This document shows positions 9,092-18,766 of a DNA stretch of 64,000 nucleotides, piece by piece. Source of the DNA: a virus. The position numbers and the translations under genes were made by a program. How positions within the stretch are numbered: position 1 is the first letter of the stretch; every line of letters begins with the position of its first letter. The notes under the pieces were generated by a model. It worked only from the letters and a program-made list of their open reading frames with translations, was not told the DNA's origin and searched no databases. The stretch is taken from the IMG/VR virus record IMGVR_UViG_3300023202_000068, positions 89,540 to 153,539 of that record; one strand, written 5' to 3'.

Positions 9092-9468
9092 TACGAATCC
9101 TCTACACCCTCGTGGTAATCCTTAAATAGAGTCTTATGCCCACATTCTTGGTTACTACAGGCTCTGTTGTATTTTACTTTATTTCTAAGAGGCCAAATGT
9201 TAATCTGCATAATACCGCTCGCACATTTGTGACATAGCCATTTTGCCTTAGCCTTCTCAGCTTTTCTCTTTTCTTTACTCTCATGGAGCTTTCGCTCTTG
9301 TCTTTGTTTTCTAACAAGCTCTTCTAAATGTTCAAATCTTCCAACATCTACCATCTTGTTAATTTTCCTCAATTTTTTAAGTTCTTTTTTGAGGCTATCG
9401 TTTTCATGCTTCAGTTTTTCTAACAAATCATAGTCGCCACTGTGTCGGCGAGTTTTACTCTTAGCCAT
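9091..9468 (-). CDS. Coiled-coil protein with C-terminal zinc ribbon
   Basis: Basic coiled coil followed by CHKC...CSNQECG. Confidence 0.7.
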   Translation of the reverse strand: MAKSKTRRHSGDYDLLEKLKHENDSLKKELKKLRKINKMVDVGRFEHLEELVRKQRQERKLHESKEKRKAEKAKAKWLCHKCASGIMQINIWPLRNKVKYNRACSNQECGHKTLFKDYHEGVEDS

Positions 9469-9477
9469 AGTTGAGTC

Positions 9478-9645
9478 CTAAATTGCTTTTGTACCTCGAA
9501 TTACCTTGAAGTTTCTTCTGCGTTCCTCTGCCTTTTTGTTTCTCTTTCTTCTACGGTAACTGATTATAAAATTTACAAAAATAATCCCAATTGGGATCAG
9601 CGAAAGTACTGTAAGTATTACAAATGCTGGACTACTCCCTTCCAT
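9478..9645 (-). CDS. Small single-pass membrane protein (55 aa, not in ORF track)
   Basis: MEGSSPAFVILTVLSLIPIGIIFVNFIISYRRRKRNKK...FKVIRGTKAI; fills the operon gap. Confidence 0.6.
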   Translation of the reverse strand: MEGSSPAFVILTVLSLIPIGIIFVNFIISYRRRKRNKKAEERRRNFKVIRGTKAI

Positions 9646-9829
9646 CTATTATAACTTTTTGGATAATTTTCTTATTTTCACTGCGATTGTATTCTTTTTT
9701 GGATTTAAAGGCGGTTCCGACTGGCGGCACGGGTATACGCATCTTAGGTTTGTCTAATGATTTTAGTTGCTTAGAGAATTTTTTCTTAGCCTTAGAAGCT
9801 TTTCTGCGTCGGCTTGACATTTTACCCAT
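9632..9829 (-). CDS. Small highly basic protein, possibly ArfA/BrfA-like ribosome-binding peptide
   Basis: GGAGG SD; K/R-rich with PVPPVGTAFKSKKEYNR segment. Confidence 0.55.
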   Translation of the reverse strand: MGKMSSRRRKASKAKKKFSKQLKSLDKPKMRIPVPPVGTAFKSKKEYNRSENKKIIQKVIIDGRE

Positions 9830-9841
9830 ATTTGCCTCCGA

Positions 9842-9871
9842 TTTAAAGATTGCAGTGACACAATCTTTATA
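9842..9871. promoter_or_regulatory. Divergent pair of putative late-promoter motifs (inverted TAAAGATTG-N8-CAATCTTTA)
   Basis: Back-to-back copies of CAATCTTTA at the strand switch between genes starting at 9829(-) and 9924(+). Confidence 0.6.
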
Positions 9872-9923
9872 TTATATACCAAGTCCCTCCCTTTTAAAAT
9901 CCATAAATTTAGGTGTTTAACTA

Positions 9924-12773
9924 ATGGCTAGTCCTTTTATATCAGGTAATAATCCAAACTTCGTCGGAACAAATCGCAATGCCGATTTAGCCGCTACGGA
10001 AGAGGCACGGTTTGCTGAAGAGCAGGCACAGCGTGCGCGTGATGAGATTGCAGATAGAGAGTTAGAGCGAATTAAAAGGGAAGCTGCTCGGCGTAGAGAA
10101 CTTAGAGAGCTTCTACAGCGCACAGAGCCCACTCCGACTCCAGAACCTGCATTTAGACCACCCTGGAATGACGGTGACCAACCTAAGCAAATTCACTCTA
10201 ATAAAAATGAAGTATTTTTTGCTCCTTTCTTTATAGACCCAGATCGTTGGAATAGGTTTTTTCCCTACAGGCTCTTGATTATAGATGTTACAGACAACAA
10301 TAAAACTGTTGGTCCTGGCGGCATTGACTTTCAAGGTATTAACTCGTTTGAAGAAATTAACAGCGAAGGTGGAATTGAATACGTAATTACTCAGCAAGCT
10401 AGAAATAAGTCTTGGGAGATGGTGTTACCCATTACTCCTCAGCAACTTCAGGTTACAGATCAATACTCCATCAACACCTCTGCTACAATGAGAGGAGTTA
10501 TAGAGGAGCATAACGGTTTAAAGTTCAAGATGATCTCGGCTTCTGGTACTACAGGAATATGGCCTCTTAAGCCAACATTGGGTGACAAGGTTGAAAGACC
10601 TAGTGTTGCCGGTTCAGTTTTTGGAGGCACTATTGAGGCAGCCAATAACTTAGCTAACCAAGCTGGCTCTGTAAAATCTATAGCGACTGGTGAGCACCCT
10701 AGAAGACCTAGTAATGCTGAAAAACCAGGTGAGTCCAGTGTAGGTACAGAATTCAACACCGGATACTACCAGGCTCTTTACATGGGACAATTCCTTGAAA
10801 GATACGCTCAAGCTAAGAAAAACCCTGAATGGAAAAATTACAGATTAGCCTTCGACATGCCTAAGCAGAATCAGACTTTTGTTGTAACGCCTGTTTCTTT
10901 TTCCCTGAAGCAAGATCAACAAAGCCCAGGTGAGTACAAGTTCAACTTTCAATTCAAAGCATGGAAGAGAGTTAAGCTAAACGAGACACCGTTTGTAGAG
11001 TCTACTCAGTTGCCAGACTTAGGCGACCCAAACATATATCAAAGAGCTGTAGGAACTATTGAGCAAACTAGGAGAACTCTTGGTTCAGCCCTCAACTTAG
11101 TTAGAGCAGTAAGAAGTGACGCACAGGCGGTATTTAATAACTTGAGAGAATTATCTTTGGTTGTTAAAGATGCTGCCGGACTTGTGTTCACAGCTATTGA
11201 CTTGCCCAGGCAGATTGTTAATGACTTAAAGTCTACCATTGAAGACTCTATTGAAAATATTTCAAGCGCATTTACCCCACCTAGTGATCGGTTTAGAGAC
11301 CAGCCAGGACTTCAAGGTTCAGTCAATAAAATTACTAATGTTGGAGGCCTATCTCCTCAATCAAAAGCCGGTACAGTTGCCCAGTCAATCACTAACCAGA
11401 GAAGGGCAAATGAAGGTCTTTCAAGAGAAGCCGTACAAGCTGGAGCATTAGGGACAGACGCTGCACAAAGAACACAGGTAGATACACTTAATAATGTTTT
11501 TGAGAACCCAGAAGAAAACTTTGACTTCTTCAATACTATAAATGTTGACCAGCTTCAACTTACGCCGGAGCAACAGATAGCTATTGAGGACGATCAGGAA
11601 AGAACTTCTTTAATTACAATTAATGACTTGAGAGAGACTAAGCAAGACTTACTTACCCTTTCTAATCAAATATCTAATAACTTTGGTGCCCTAGACAGCA
11701 CTTACGCAAGTATCTTTGGACTACCAGAGCCTCAAGAGCGTTCCTTACCACTAACTGTTGAAGAAAATGAAGTTTTAGCTTCTATATTTGAAACCATACA
11801 GGTTATAGACATACTTACTTCTACAAAACAGTTCGATAGTTTAAACGAAGAGAGTTCTTTGGAATTTGTTGGAGGTATTGCTAACGAGGCTAACATTAAC
11901 TTCAACACACCTCCTTCTAAACTATTAGCGCCTGTACCGTTTGGATCAAGTATCGAAGAGATTTCAGCTAAATACTTAAGGGACGCAGATAGGTTTTTAG
12001 AAATTGCCACGTTAAACAACTTGAGATCACCTTACATTGATGAGGAAGGCTTCATCTACGATTTACTTTCAAATGCAAGTGGTAGGCAGTTTAACGTAAA
12101 CGATACGGAAGCACTTTTGTTTATCGGACAGAAAATTATTTTACAGTCTGACATAGTACCTCCGTTTTCTAGAAAAATTACAAACGTAGAGCAGATTGGC
12201 GACGGTAACTTTTTAGTAACTGTAGATGGACTTAATAACCTTGGAAATCTTACAACAGCAGACGGAGCAAGAATGCAAACCTTTCTGCCTGGTACTGTAA
12301 ATAGTCAAAATCAAATTTACATTCCAAGTGACGAACCATCTTCTGTAGAAGACGATCAGGTTTTTAACATACCTGGTGTTAGTGACAATCAACTTGCAAA
12401 ACTTTCAAAGGTAGACTTCCTACTTACGGAAGAATTTGATATTGCAATTAACAGCGTAGGTGACTTTAGACTTGCCACGGGACTAACTAACTTAGTCCAG
12501 GCATTGAAAATGAAAATTAAAACACAGCGTGGAACACTTTTGAGACATTTAGATTACGGATTGGGTCTTGAGTACGGTGTATCTGTAGCTGATATAAATA
12601 ACGGACTTATTATTAATGAACTCAACAGACTTGTAACAGAGGACGAAAGATTTCAAGCGGTGACTCAGGTGTCACTAAGGTTGTCCGGTTCTACACTCGG
12701 TATTGACATGGTAGTTCAACTTGCCAATAATAACGGTGTTTTACCAGTAAACTTTGACTTGAAAGTTTCCTAA
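9924..12773 (+). CDS. Baseplate multidomain protein: tube-initiator-like N-term, LysM-like domain, C-terminal gp25/gpW-like wedge domain
   Basis: LPITPQQLQV...ISASGTTG; SIEEISAKYL.DADRFLEIATLNNL..PY; GLTNLVQALKMKIKTQRGTLLRHLDYG; directly upstream of baseplate J. Confidence 0.7.
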   Translation: MASPFISGNNPNFVGTNRNADLAATEEARFAEEQAQRARDEIADRELERIKREAARRRELRELLQRTEPTPTPEPAFRPPWNDGDQPKQIHSNKNEVFFAPFFIDPDRWNRFFPYRLLIIDVTDNNKTVGPGGIDFQGINSFEEINSEGGIEYVITQQARNKSWEMVLPITPQQLQVTDQYSINTSATMRGVIEEHNGLKFKMISASGTTGIWPLKPTLGDKVERPSVAGSVFGGTIEAANNLANQAGSVKSIATGEHPRRPSNAEKPGESSVGTEFNTGYYQALYMGQFLERYAQAKKNPEWKNYRLAFDMPKQNQTFVVTPVSFSLKQDQQSPGEYKFNFQFKAWKRVKLNETPFVESTQLPDLGDPNIYQRAVGTIEQTRRTLGSALNLVRAVRSDAQAVFNNLRELSLVVKDAAGLVFTAIDLPRQIVNDLKSTIEDSIENISSAFTPPSDRFRDQPGLQGSVNKITNVGGLSPQSKAGTVAQSITNQRRANEGLSREAVQAGALGTDAAQRTQVDTLNNVFENPEENFDFFNTINVDQLQLTPEQQIAIEDDQERTSLITINDLRETKQDLLTLSNQISNNFGALDSTYASIFGLPEPQERSLPLTVEENEVLASIFETIQVIDILTSTKQFDSLNEESSLEFVGGIANEANINFNTPPSKLLAPVPFGSSIEEISAKYLRDADRFLEIATLNNLRSPYIDEEGFIYDLLSNASGRQFNVNDTEALLFIGQKIILQSDIVPPFSRKITNVEQIGDGNFLVTVDGLNNLGNLTTADGARMQTFLPGTVNSQNQIYIPSDEPSSVEDDQVFNIPGVSDNQLAKLSKVDFLLTEEFDIAINSVGDFRLATGLTNLVQALKMKIKTQRGTLLRHLDYGLGLEYGVSVADINNGLIINELNRLVTEDERFQAVTQVSLRLSGSTLGIDMVVQLANNNGVLPVNFDLKVS

Positions 12774-12774
12774 C

Positions 12775-12785
12775 TGTGGTATATG
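12775..12785 (+). promoter_or_regulatory. Recurrent intergenic motif TGTGGTATATG (putative promoter)
   Basis: Exact 11-mer also at 26170-26180(+) and 57982-57992(-), each intergenic and oriented with the downstream gene. Confidence 0.5.
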
Positions 12786-12808
12786 TAGGGTAATAGGTAG
12801 GAGAAAAA

Positions 12809-15800
12809 ATGGCCAAATTACCAGTTCCAAAATCATACGAGCAAATATTAGGTGATATGCTTGCGACATACATCTCCAAAATTGGAGTGAATGATCTCAA
12901 TGTAGGCTCATCTGTAACTTCTTTCTTTGAAGCTATGGCACAAGCAGTCTACAGATCTTCTGGAGACACCTTCTCTATTCTCAGAGGTTTCTCTGTGGAT
13001 CGCGCTGAGGGTGAGTCTCTTAAGAGACTTGCCGAGGAAGAGCGTGTATTCCCGATACCTGCGCGTGTTGCGACTGGTCGTATAACTGTTACAGACTCAA
13101 GCTTTACAAAAATTTCTACAAAAATCTATGCAGGAACAACTCCACCAAATATCGGCTCAACCACCATCAATGTATCTGATGCTTCTGAGTTTCCAGCGAC
13201 TGGCTCTGTATTTTTAGGTAGAGGTACGCCTAATATTGAAGGACCTATTGCGTATTCAAGCGTTGATGACTTAGGTGGATTTTTTAGACTTAACCTTTCT
13301 TCTCCTACAACTAAATATCACAATAACTCTGAAACTGTAATTCTTTCACAAGGTGGGGTTAGAAACATACCTGTAGGTACTGCAGTGCAAACGGTAGGGG
13401 GCGGTTCGTCTCCACAGATAGTTTTTAGCACAACACAAGTTGCAACTATTCTTGACGGTGAAACACAGATCACAAACGTACCAGTAGCAGCACAGGAGCC
13501 TGGTATTGATGGGAACGTACCTAGAAATGCAATTACACAATTTGTAACAACACCGTTTACTGGTGCAACAGTTACAAACCCTAATCCATTTACTACAGGT
13601 CGAAACGAAGAGTCTGATGAAGAAATTAGAATTCGTATTAAAAAACAAAGAATATCTAGGGGACTTGGGACAGCCATTGCTATTGAGTCTGCTGTACAAG
13701 GAATTCAGGCAACTGATGAGAACGCAGTTGTTACATCAAACCAAATTCTTTCTACTGGCGACAAAACTACGTTATTTATCGATAACGGACAGGGGTATGA
13801 AGAAGCCACAGCAGGTATTGGCTTAGAATTTATTGTAGACTCTGCTCTTGGCGGTGAACAGTTCTTCCAGTTAGCAACAGGTGGTAATCAAACCTCTGTA
13901 GCTAAGGCTTTTTTAGAAGGCACGAACACATCTCCATTTAACATAAATCCGAACAACAGACTTGCTGTGCTAGTAGGTGGTATTCTAAGTGAACATGTTT
14001 TTGCAGAAGGTGACTTTGCCTCTAATGGCGCTGCGAATGCGTTTGAGGTTGTTGCGTCTATCAATGCAAACTCTGATTTATCTTTTTCAGCCAGAACCAT
14101 TGATAATGGAACTCGAATCACTCTTTCAGCAAAAGAAGAAACTGATGAGTTTATACAAAAGACCATACCGACCATCGGTACAGATGCTGGTATTGCAATT
14201 GGTATTGCAGACAATGAAGTTGAAACTTTAAAGTTGTTTAAAAACAAGGTAGCTCTAAGCAGAAACGGTCGAAGTGCCGTGCTTGAGTCAGAAAACCAAA
14301 GTGACTGGTCTAACACAATCACAGACGGCGACACCTTAATTGTAGGTGTAGATAGTACACAAAGTATTACATATACTTTTTCTAACGCAGACTTTGTAGC
14401 AGAGGGCACTCACTCTACTGTATCTAAAAACAATACACTTCAATCTTGGGTTAACGTAATTAACTCTAAAGTTACAGGTATTACCGCTTCAATTAACGGT
14501 AACAGAATTGTCTTGAGGTCAAACCTGGGAACTAACTCTAGAGCAGCACTAAATATCGACCCAAGTTCTACTTTAGTGTCTAAGGGTGTATTTACAGTTG
14601 GTCAGGGACTATCTGCTTCTGGTAGAGAGGCTGACTTTACACTGTCTAGAAACACAGGGCAAATTAAGCTCACTGCACCTCTAGAGCCTGGTGACAGCTT
14701 AACTGCTGGTAGCGATGCAACTCAGGCATCTATTGAAAGCTCTCAAATCTTAGGTGGTAACGTAGTATTACCTTCAGATGCAGATCTTTGGTATATGGTT
14801 GACAACTCTGCTGCTGCAATAATTCCAAATGGTGTATTGAGCGATAGCTTGATAACTATTACCAAACAGCCAGCAAACGTATTGCGAGTTAGATCAAACC
14901 TTGAAAGTGCATTTGTTAACATACAGCCTGGGGACTATGTAGTTCTGTGGAGTGACGAGGTACTACCTGTCAATAGAGTAGAAGGAAGGGTTCACGCTGT
15001 AGGGACAGAACTTGTTGCTAACGATTACTTCGAAATTAAACTAACTGTTCCTGAGTACAACGCTACTGCTGCTGAAGGACCTGTTACCTTCCTTGAGGGA
15101 CTTGCTTTTCTGAGAACTGAAGTTCCACCACAAAAAATAACAATATCTGCCGGTTCATATCAAATTAGTGAAGTTGCTGGGGAGATTAGAGATCAACTTA
15201 TTGGTGTAGACACTGCTACAGAAAACGATGAAATTATAATTGTTTCAACAAAAACCAAAAGCATCTCAGGTCACCTTTTATTATTCACTTTTAACGATGC
15301 CGCTAAGAACTTAAACTTTACAGAGGGTGATTCTGCAGCTTCACAAACTTCATTGGTTGGTTTCAAATCTGGTCAAATAAAAGGTACGGACTTTCCACTA
15401 TTTTTTCACTCAAACTTTACATCAGACCAGTTTGCCAGTCCTCCTGGTTCTTTTATAGCACAGTATGATTCTGCGCTTGACCTAGATACGGCTGGTATTG
15501 ACCCAGACGCTTTTGTTGCAATACAACATCCATACCTAAGTAATGGTTCTGAGATACTCGATGCACAAGCTGCTGATGAGAGAGTTTTAATTGACAATAT
15601 TTCTGGCAGCGCCATTGATGTTGACGACTCTAAGACTATAAGAAGAATTAGAATTGCAGACAGGTATTACCTACTAAAGACTTTGGATCTTTCACACAAT
15701 GACACAATTACTGTGATATTAGACAATGATGCTGCGAACAAAACCTTTCCAGTGCCGTTATTCAGAAGAGCCACTACAAATACAACTATGCCTATCAACG

Positions 15801-18766
15801 CAGATCAGTTTAGAGCTTACGATGCTGATGCTGGAGCCAGTGCCTCTTTCACACAATTTTTTGGTACAGACTATCCTTTTAAAAACTACAAAGTCTCAAT
15901 GCAGGCAAAGAATGCAATTGACCCAAGTGGTTCTGTAGACGAAGACGCTGTTTTATTTAGATCAGTAGTGTGGGGAAAAGCTGGTGAAAAATACAGAGTT
16001 GGTTATTTCTACCCAACAGGTCCTGATCAGGGAATTGCCAGTTCAGTTTCAGTTGGTGGAACTATTGATACAAGAATTAGCTTAAAGTCTGGTCCAGCAG
16101 TCACCAATAACATCGACGGGACTACAGAGTGGGATGTAACAATTACCCCTAACACTCCTGTTGCAGGTGTGGACGAAGTTACATACTCTTGGACCTCTAC
16201 AGGTTCTAATCCTACAATGAGTACTTTGGCTCCTGGTGACTATGTATCTATTAATAATAGCGGTGAATTTGCAGCAGCAAACCAGGGTACTTTTAGAATA
16301 TCCTCTGCCAACTCTACATCCTTTACGGTACGTAGACCGAACGGAATTGCTTCTGCACAAACTGACGTGGCAACTCTTACAAATACAACAATATCTTTGT
16401 ACGAAGACAGTGACACTACTGCGCAAGAAATTGTAGATCACGTAACTAGCGATCTTGGAGAGTTTTTAACAGCTTCTGTTCTAGAAGATAACGGAGTGAC
16501 TGGTGCTGGTGTAATTAATAAAAGTACTTTTGAGGATAATGATTTTGCTGCCGACTCTAGCTATGTACAATTAGTAGACGGTTTAAACTGGATTGAAACA
16601 AGTGACTTAGACGCTGTAGCTCCTAACTTTCAGTTTGAGTTAAAACAAACTCTAGAGCTTTCAAGCTTTAGCACTAACACTCCAGATGCATACGCTTTTA
16701 ACGACGGTGAAGATTTGCGAATTATACCTACCTCTGTACCACAAGTTTCAGACTTTATATCTGTACTAGCGGTAAGTGGAATAACAACCTTAGGTGAGGT
16801 TGAAACTACAAATAGAGAGCAGCAACTCCAACTTGCCACACAAGTATTAGGTTCTTCTGGAGCCATCCTTATATCTGGTGGTAATGGGAACCAGGCGCAG
16901 GCTTCTGTACTAGGTGTTACCCAGAGAGTTAATGGGACTGATTTTGCCAAAACTACTATAGCTAAGTCTGCTTCGGCTGGTTTTTCAGGTGACAGTTTTG
17001 TAAAATTAGAGGCTACGAATAGACAGAGGAAGCTTACAGGAATTAGTTTTACAACAAATGCCACGATTATCCCTAATCAACCAATAGCCTCTACATCTAT
17101 AGTAGAACTTGGAAACCGCGATATAACTGACAGGTACTTTGGTGAACCTAGAAACTTCATAAGACTTCGAGATAGAGCTTTCCAGGTTGAAAAACAGGGT
17201 ACACTAGTGTGTATCACTTGGGATGAGGTTACTGGTACAGACCCGACCTTCATTAAAACCGTAGAGACTAACGACTCAGGTGGTGGTGACATTACTGCAG
17301 TTTACAATGGAGACTTCAACGCTACAGAATACACAGTATCTACAGGTGATAGACGCTTTAACGAAGTGGGCATTGGTGACACGGTTACTATAGCTACTTT
17401 TACTAACGCTGGTAATAACGGTACTTTTAAAGTATTAGGTGTTTCTGACGATGGATTGACGGTTTCTGTAAATAATACAGCAGGTGTTGCAGAGACGGCA
17501 GCAATCGGTGCTGGAGATATGTCTTTTTCTGCAGAAATTAAAGAAGGAGATAATGTTGAGATTGGCGCTCCTTTTACAAACCTTAACCAGGGTACTTTTA
17601 GAGTAGTTCGAAGATTTAACAACAGCATCTATATAGAAAACGACTCTGCCGTTGAAGAAAGAGTTTTAATCACAGATAACTTGAGAAGCCTTGGTGGTGA
17701 CGCAACAACTGAGTATGATGTGACTGTACCAGGCAACATGAGAATTGAATGGAACACAAACGGAACTGCTCCTACCTTGGCTAACGCTAAGATGGGAGAT
17801 ATCGTTACAGTCGGGACGGCTTTTGCTGCAGCAAACCAAGGTACTTATATGGTAGCAAGCGCAGGCGATAACTTTATTGAAATTCAAAATTCTGCCGCTG
17901 TAGCTGAGACTGGGATTACAGTCACAGGAGTTGGCGGTGATGTGCTTGAGTCACAAATACCGGCAATGAAGTTCAGTGAGTATGAAGCAACTGCACCAGG
18001 AGATATATTTACAATTTCTGGCAATGTGCTTGGGGCTAACAACCAAGGTACTTACAATGTTACTGAAGTTCTATCTAAGAATTCAATTGTAGTAGACGAC
18101 ATACTAACCTCTCAAACTAACGTACAGTTAAATGACTTGTTTGTACAGGTATTTATTCAAGAAGGAACTTCATACACTGGTGTTAAGCGCATCAGGACTT
18201 TTGCTTGTAACCCATCTAACAGTTTACAAACTTGCCTGATTTTTGATACAAACGATCAGTTTGAAAAAATCAATGAGACTGCAGGAATTACCATTTCCAT
18301 GGCAAGTAAGTTGGAGTTCCCAGAGACTACGGTAACTGGTTTCGATTCATACAAGTACCACACAGGACTACTAGCTGAGGCTAATAGAACTGTATATGGT
18401 GATCCAAGGGATACAACTACATACCCAGGAGTCGCTGCTGCAGGTGCTGAGATCTTTATCGAACCACCATTAGTCAAGAGAATTCAGGTTTCTATAAACA
18501 TTAGAGTTAACACAGGTGTTCCTTTCGCTAGAGTGACTGAAGAAGTTAGAAACGCAATTGCAGCTTTGATTAACTCAGCTCCTCTTGGAGAGTCTATTGC
18601 GATTTCAGACATCATTGCTAGTGTAAACTCAATACCAGGTGTGAAAGCTGTATCGATTAGCTCACCTGCTTATGATCAGAATAACGACGTTATTGTGGTG
18701 AACCCAGCAGAGAAGCCATCGGTACTAGACATTGTTAACGATATTACTGTAAGTAAGGTTGAATAA
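12809..18766 (+). CDS. Giant baseplate J / gp6-like wedge protein (1985 aa) with large internal insertion
   Basis: N-term DLNVGS..., A.G..L..LA, A.EPG..GN, GRNEESDEEIR.R; C-term A.AG....V..P, LGESIAISDII..V.SIPGV. Confidence 0.85.
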   Translation: MAKLPVPKSYEQILGDMLATYISKIGVNDLNVGSSVTSFFEAMAQAVYRSSGDTFSILRGFSVDRAEGESLKRLAEEERVFPIPARVATGRITVTDSSFTKISTKIYAGTTPPNIGSTTINVSDASEFPATGSVFLGRGTPNIEGPIAYSSVDDLGGFFRLNLSSPTTKYHNNSETVILSQGGVRNIPVGTAVQTVGGGSSPQIVFSTTQVATILDGETQITNVPVAAQEPGIDGNVPRNAITQFVTTPFTGATVTNPNPFTTGRNEESDEEIRIRIKKQRISRGLGTAIAIESAVQGIQATDENAVVTSNQILSTGDKTTLFIDNGQGYEEATAGIGLEFIVDSALGGEQFFQLATGGNQTSVAKAFLEGTNTSPFNINPNNRLAVLVGGILSEHVFAEGDFASNGAANAFEVVASINANSDLSFSARTIDNGTRITLSAKEETDEFIQKTIPTIGTDAGIAIGIADNEVETLKLFKNKVALSRNGRSAVLESENQSDWSNTITDGDTLIVGVDSTQSITYTFSNADFVAEGTHSTVSKNNTLQSWVNVINSKVTGITASINGNRIVLRSNLGTNSRAALNIDPSSTLVSKGVFTVGQGLSASGREADFTLSRNTGQIKLTAPLEPGDSLTAGSDATQASIESSQILGGNVVLPSDADLWYMVDNSAAAIIPNGVLSDSLITITKQPANVLRVRSNLESAFVNIQPGDYVVLWSDEVLPVNRVEGRVHAVGTELVANDYFEIKLTVPEYNATAAEGPVTFLEGLAFLRTEVPPQKITISAGSYQISEVAGEIRDQLIGVDTATENDEIIIVSTKTKSISGHLLLFTFNDAAKNLNFTEGDSAASQTSLVGFKSGQIKGTDFPLFFHSNFTSDQFASPPGSFIAQYDSALDLDTAGIDPDAFVAIQHPYLSNGSEILDAQAADERVLIDNISGSAIDVDDSKTIRRIRIADRYYLLKTLDLSHNDTITVILDNDAANKTFPVPLFRRATTNTTMPINADQFRAYDADAGASASFTQFFGTDYPFKNYKVSMQAKNAIDPSGSVDEDAVLFRSVVWGKAGEKYRVGYFYPTGPDQGIASSVSVGGTIDTRISLKSGPAVTNNIDGTTEWDVTITPNTPVAGVDEVTYSWTSTGSNPTMSTLAPGDYVSINNSGEFAAANQGTFRISSANSTSFTVRRPNGIASAQTDVATLTNTTISLYEDSDTTAQEIVDHVTSDLGEFLTASVLEDNGVTGAGVINKSTFEDNDFAADSSYVQLVDGLNWIETSDLDAVAPNFQFELKQTLELSSFSTNTPDAYAFNDGEDLRIIPTSVPQVSDFISVLAVSGITTLGEVETTNREQQLQLATQVLGSSGAILISGGNGNQAQASVLGVTQRVNGTDFAKTTIAKSASAGFSGDSFVKLEATNRQRKLTGISFTTNATIIPNQPIASTSIVELGNRDITDRYFGEPRNFIRLRDRAFQVEKQGTLVCITWDEVTGTDPTFIKTVETNDSGGGDITAVYNGDFNATEYTVSTGDRRFNEVGIGDTVTIATFTNAGNNGTFKVLGVSDDGLTVSVNNTAGVAETAAIGAGDMSFSAEIKEGDNVEIGAPFTNLNQGTFRVVRRFNNSIYIENDSAVEERVLITDNLRSLGGDATTEYDVTVPGNMRIEWNTNGTAPTLANAKMGDIVTVGTAFAAANQGTYMVASAGDNFIEIQNSAAVAETGITVTGVGGDVLESQIPAMKFSEYEATAPGDIFTISGNVLGANNQGTYNVTEVLSKNSIVVDDILTSQTNVQLNDLFVQVFIQEGTSYTGVKRIRTFACNPSNSLQTCLIFDTNDQFEKINETAGITISMASKLEFPETTVTGFDSYKYHTGLLAEANRTVYGDPRDTTTYPGVAAAGAEIFIEPPLVKRIQVSINIRVNTGVPFARVTEEVRNAIAALINSAPLGESIAISDIIASVNSIPGVKAVSISSPAYDQNNDVIVVNPAEKPSVLDIVNDITVSKVE

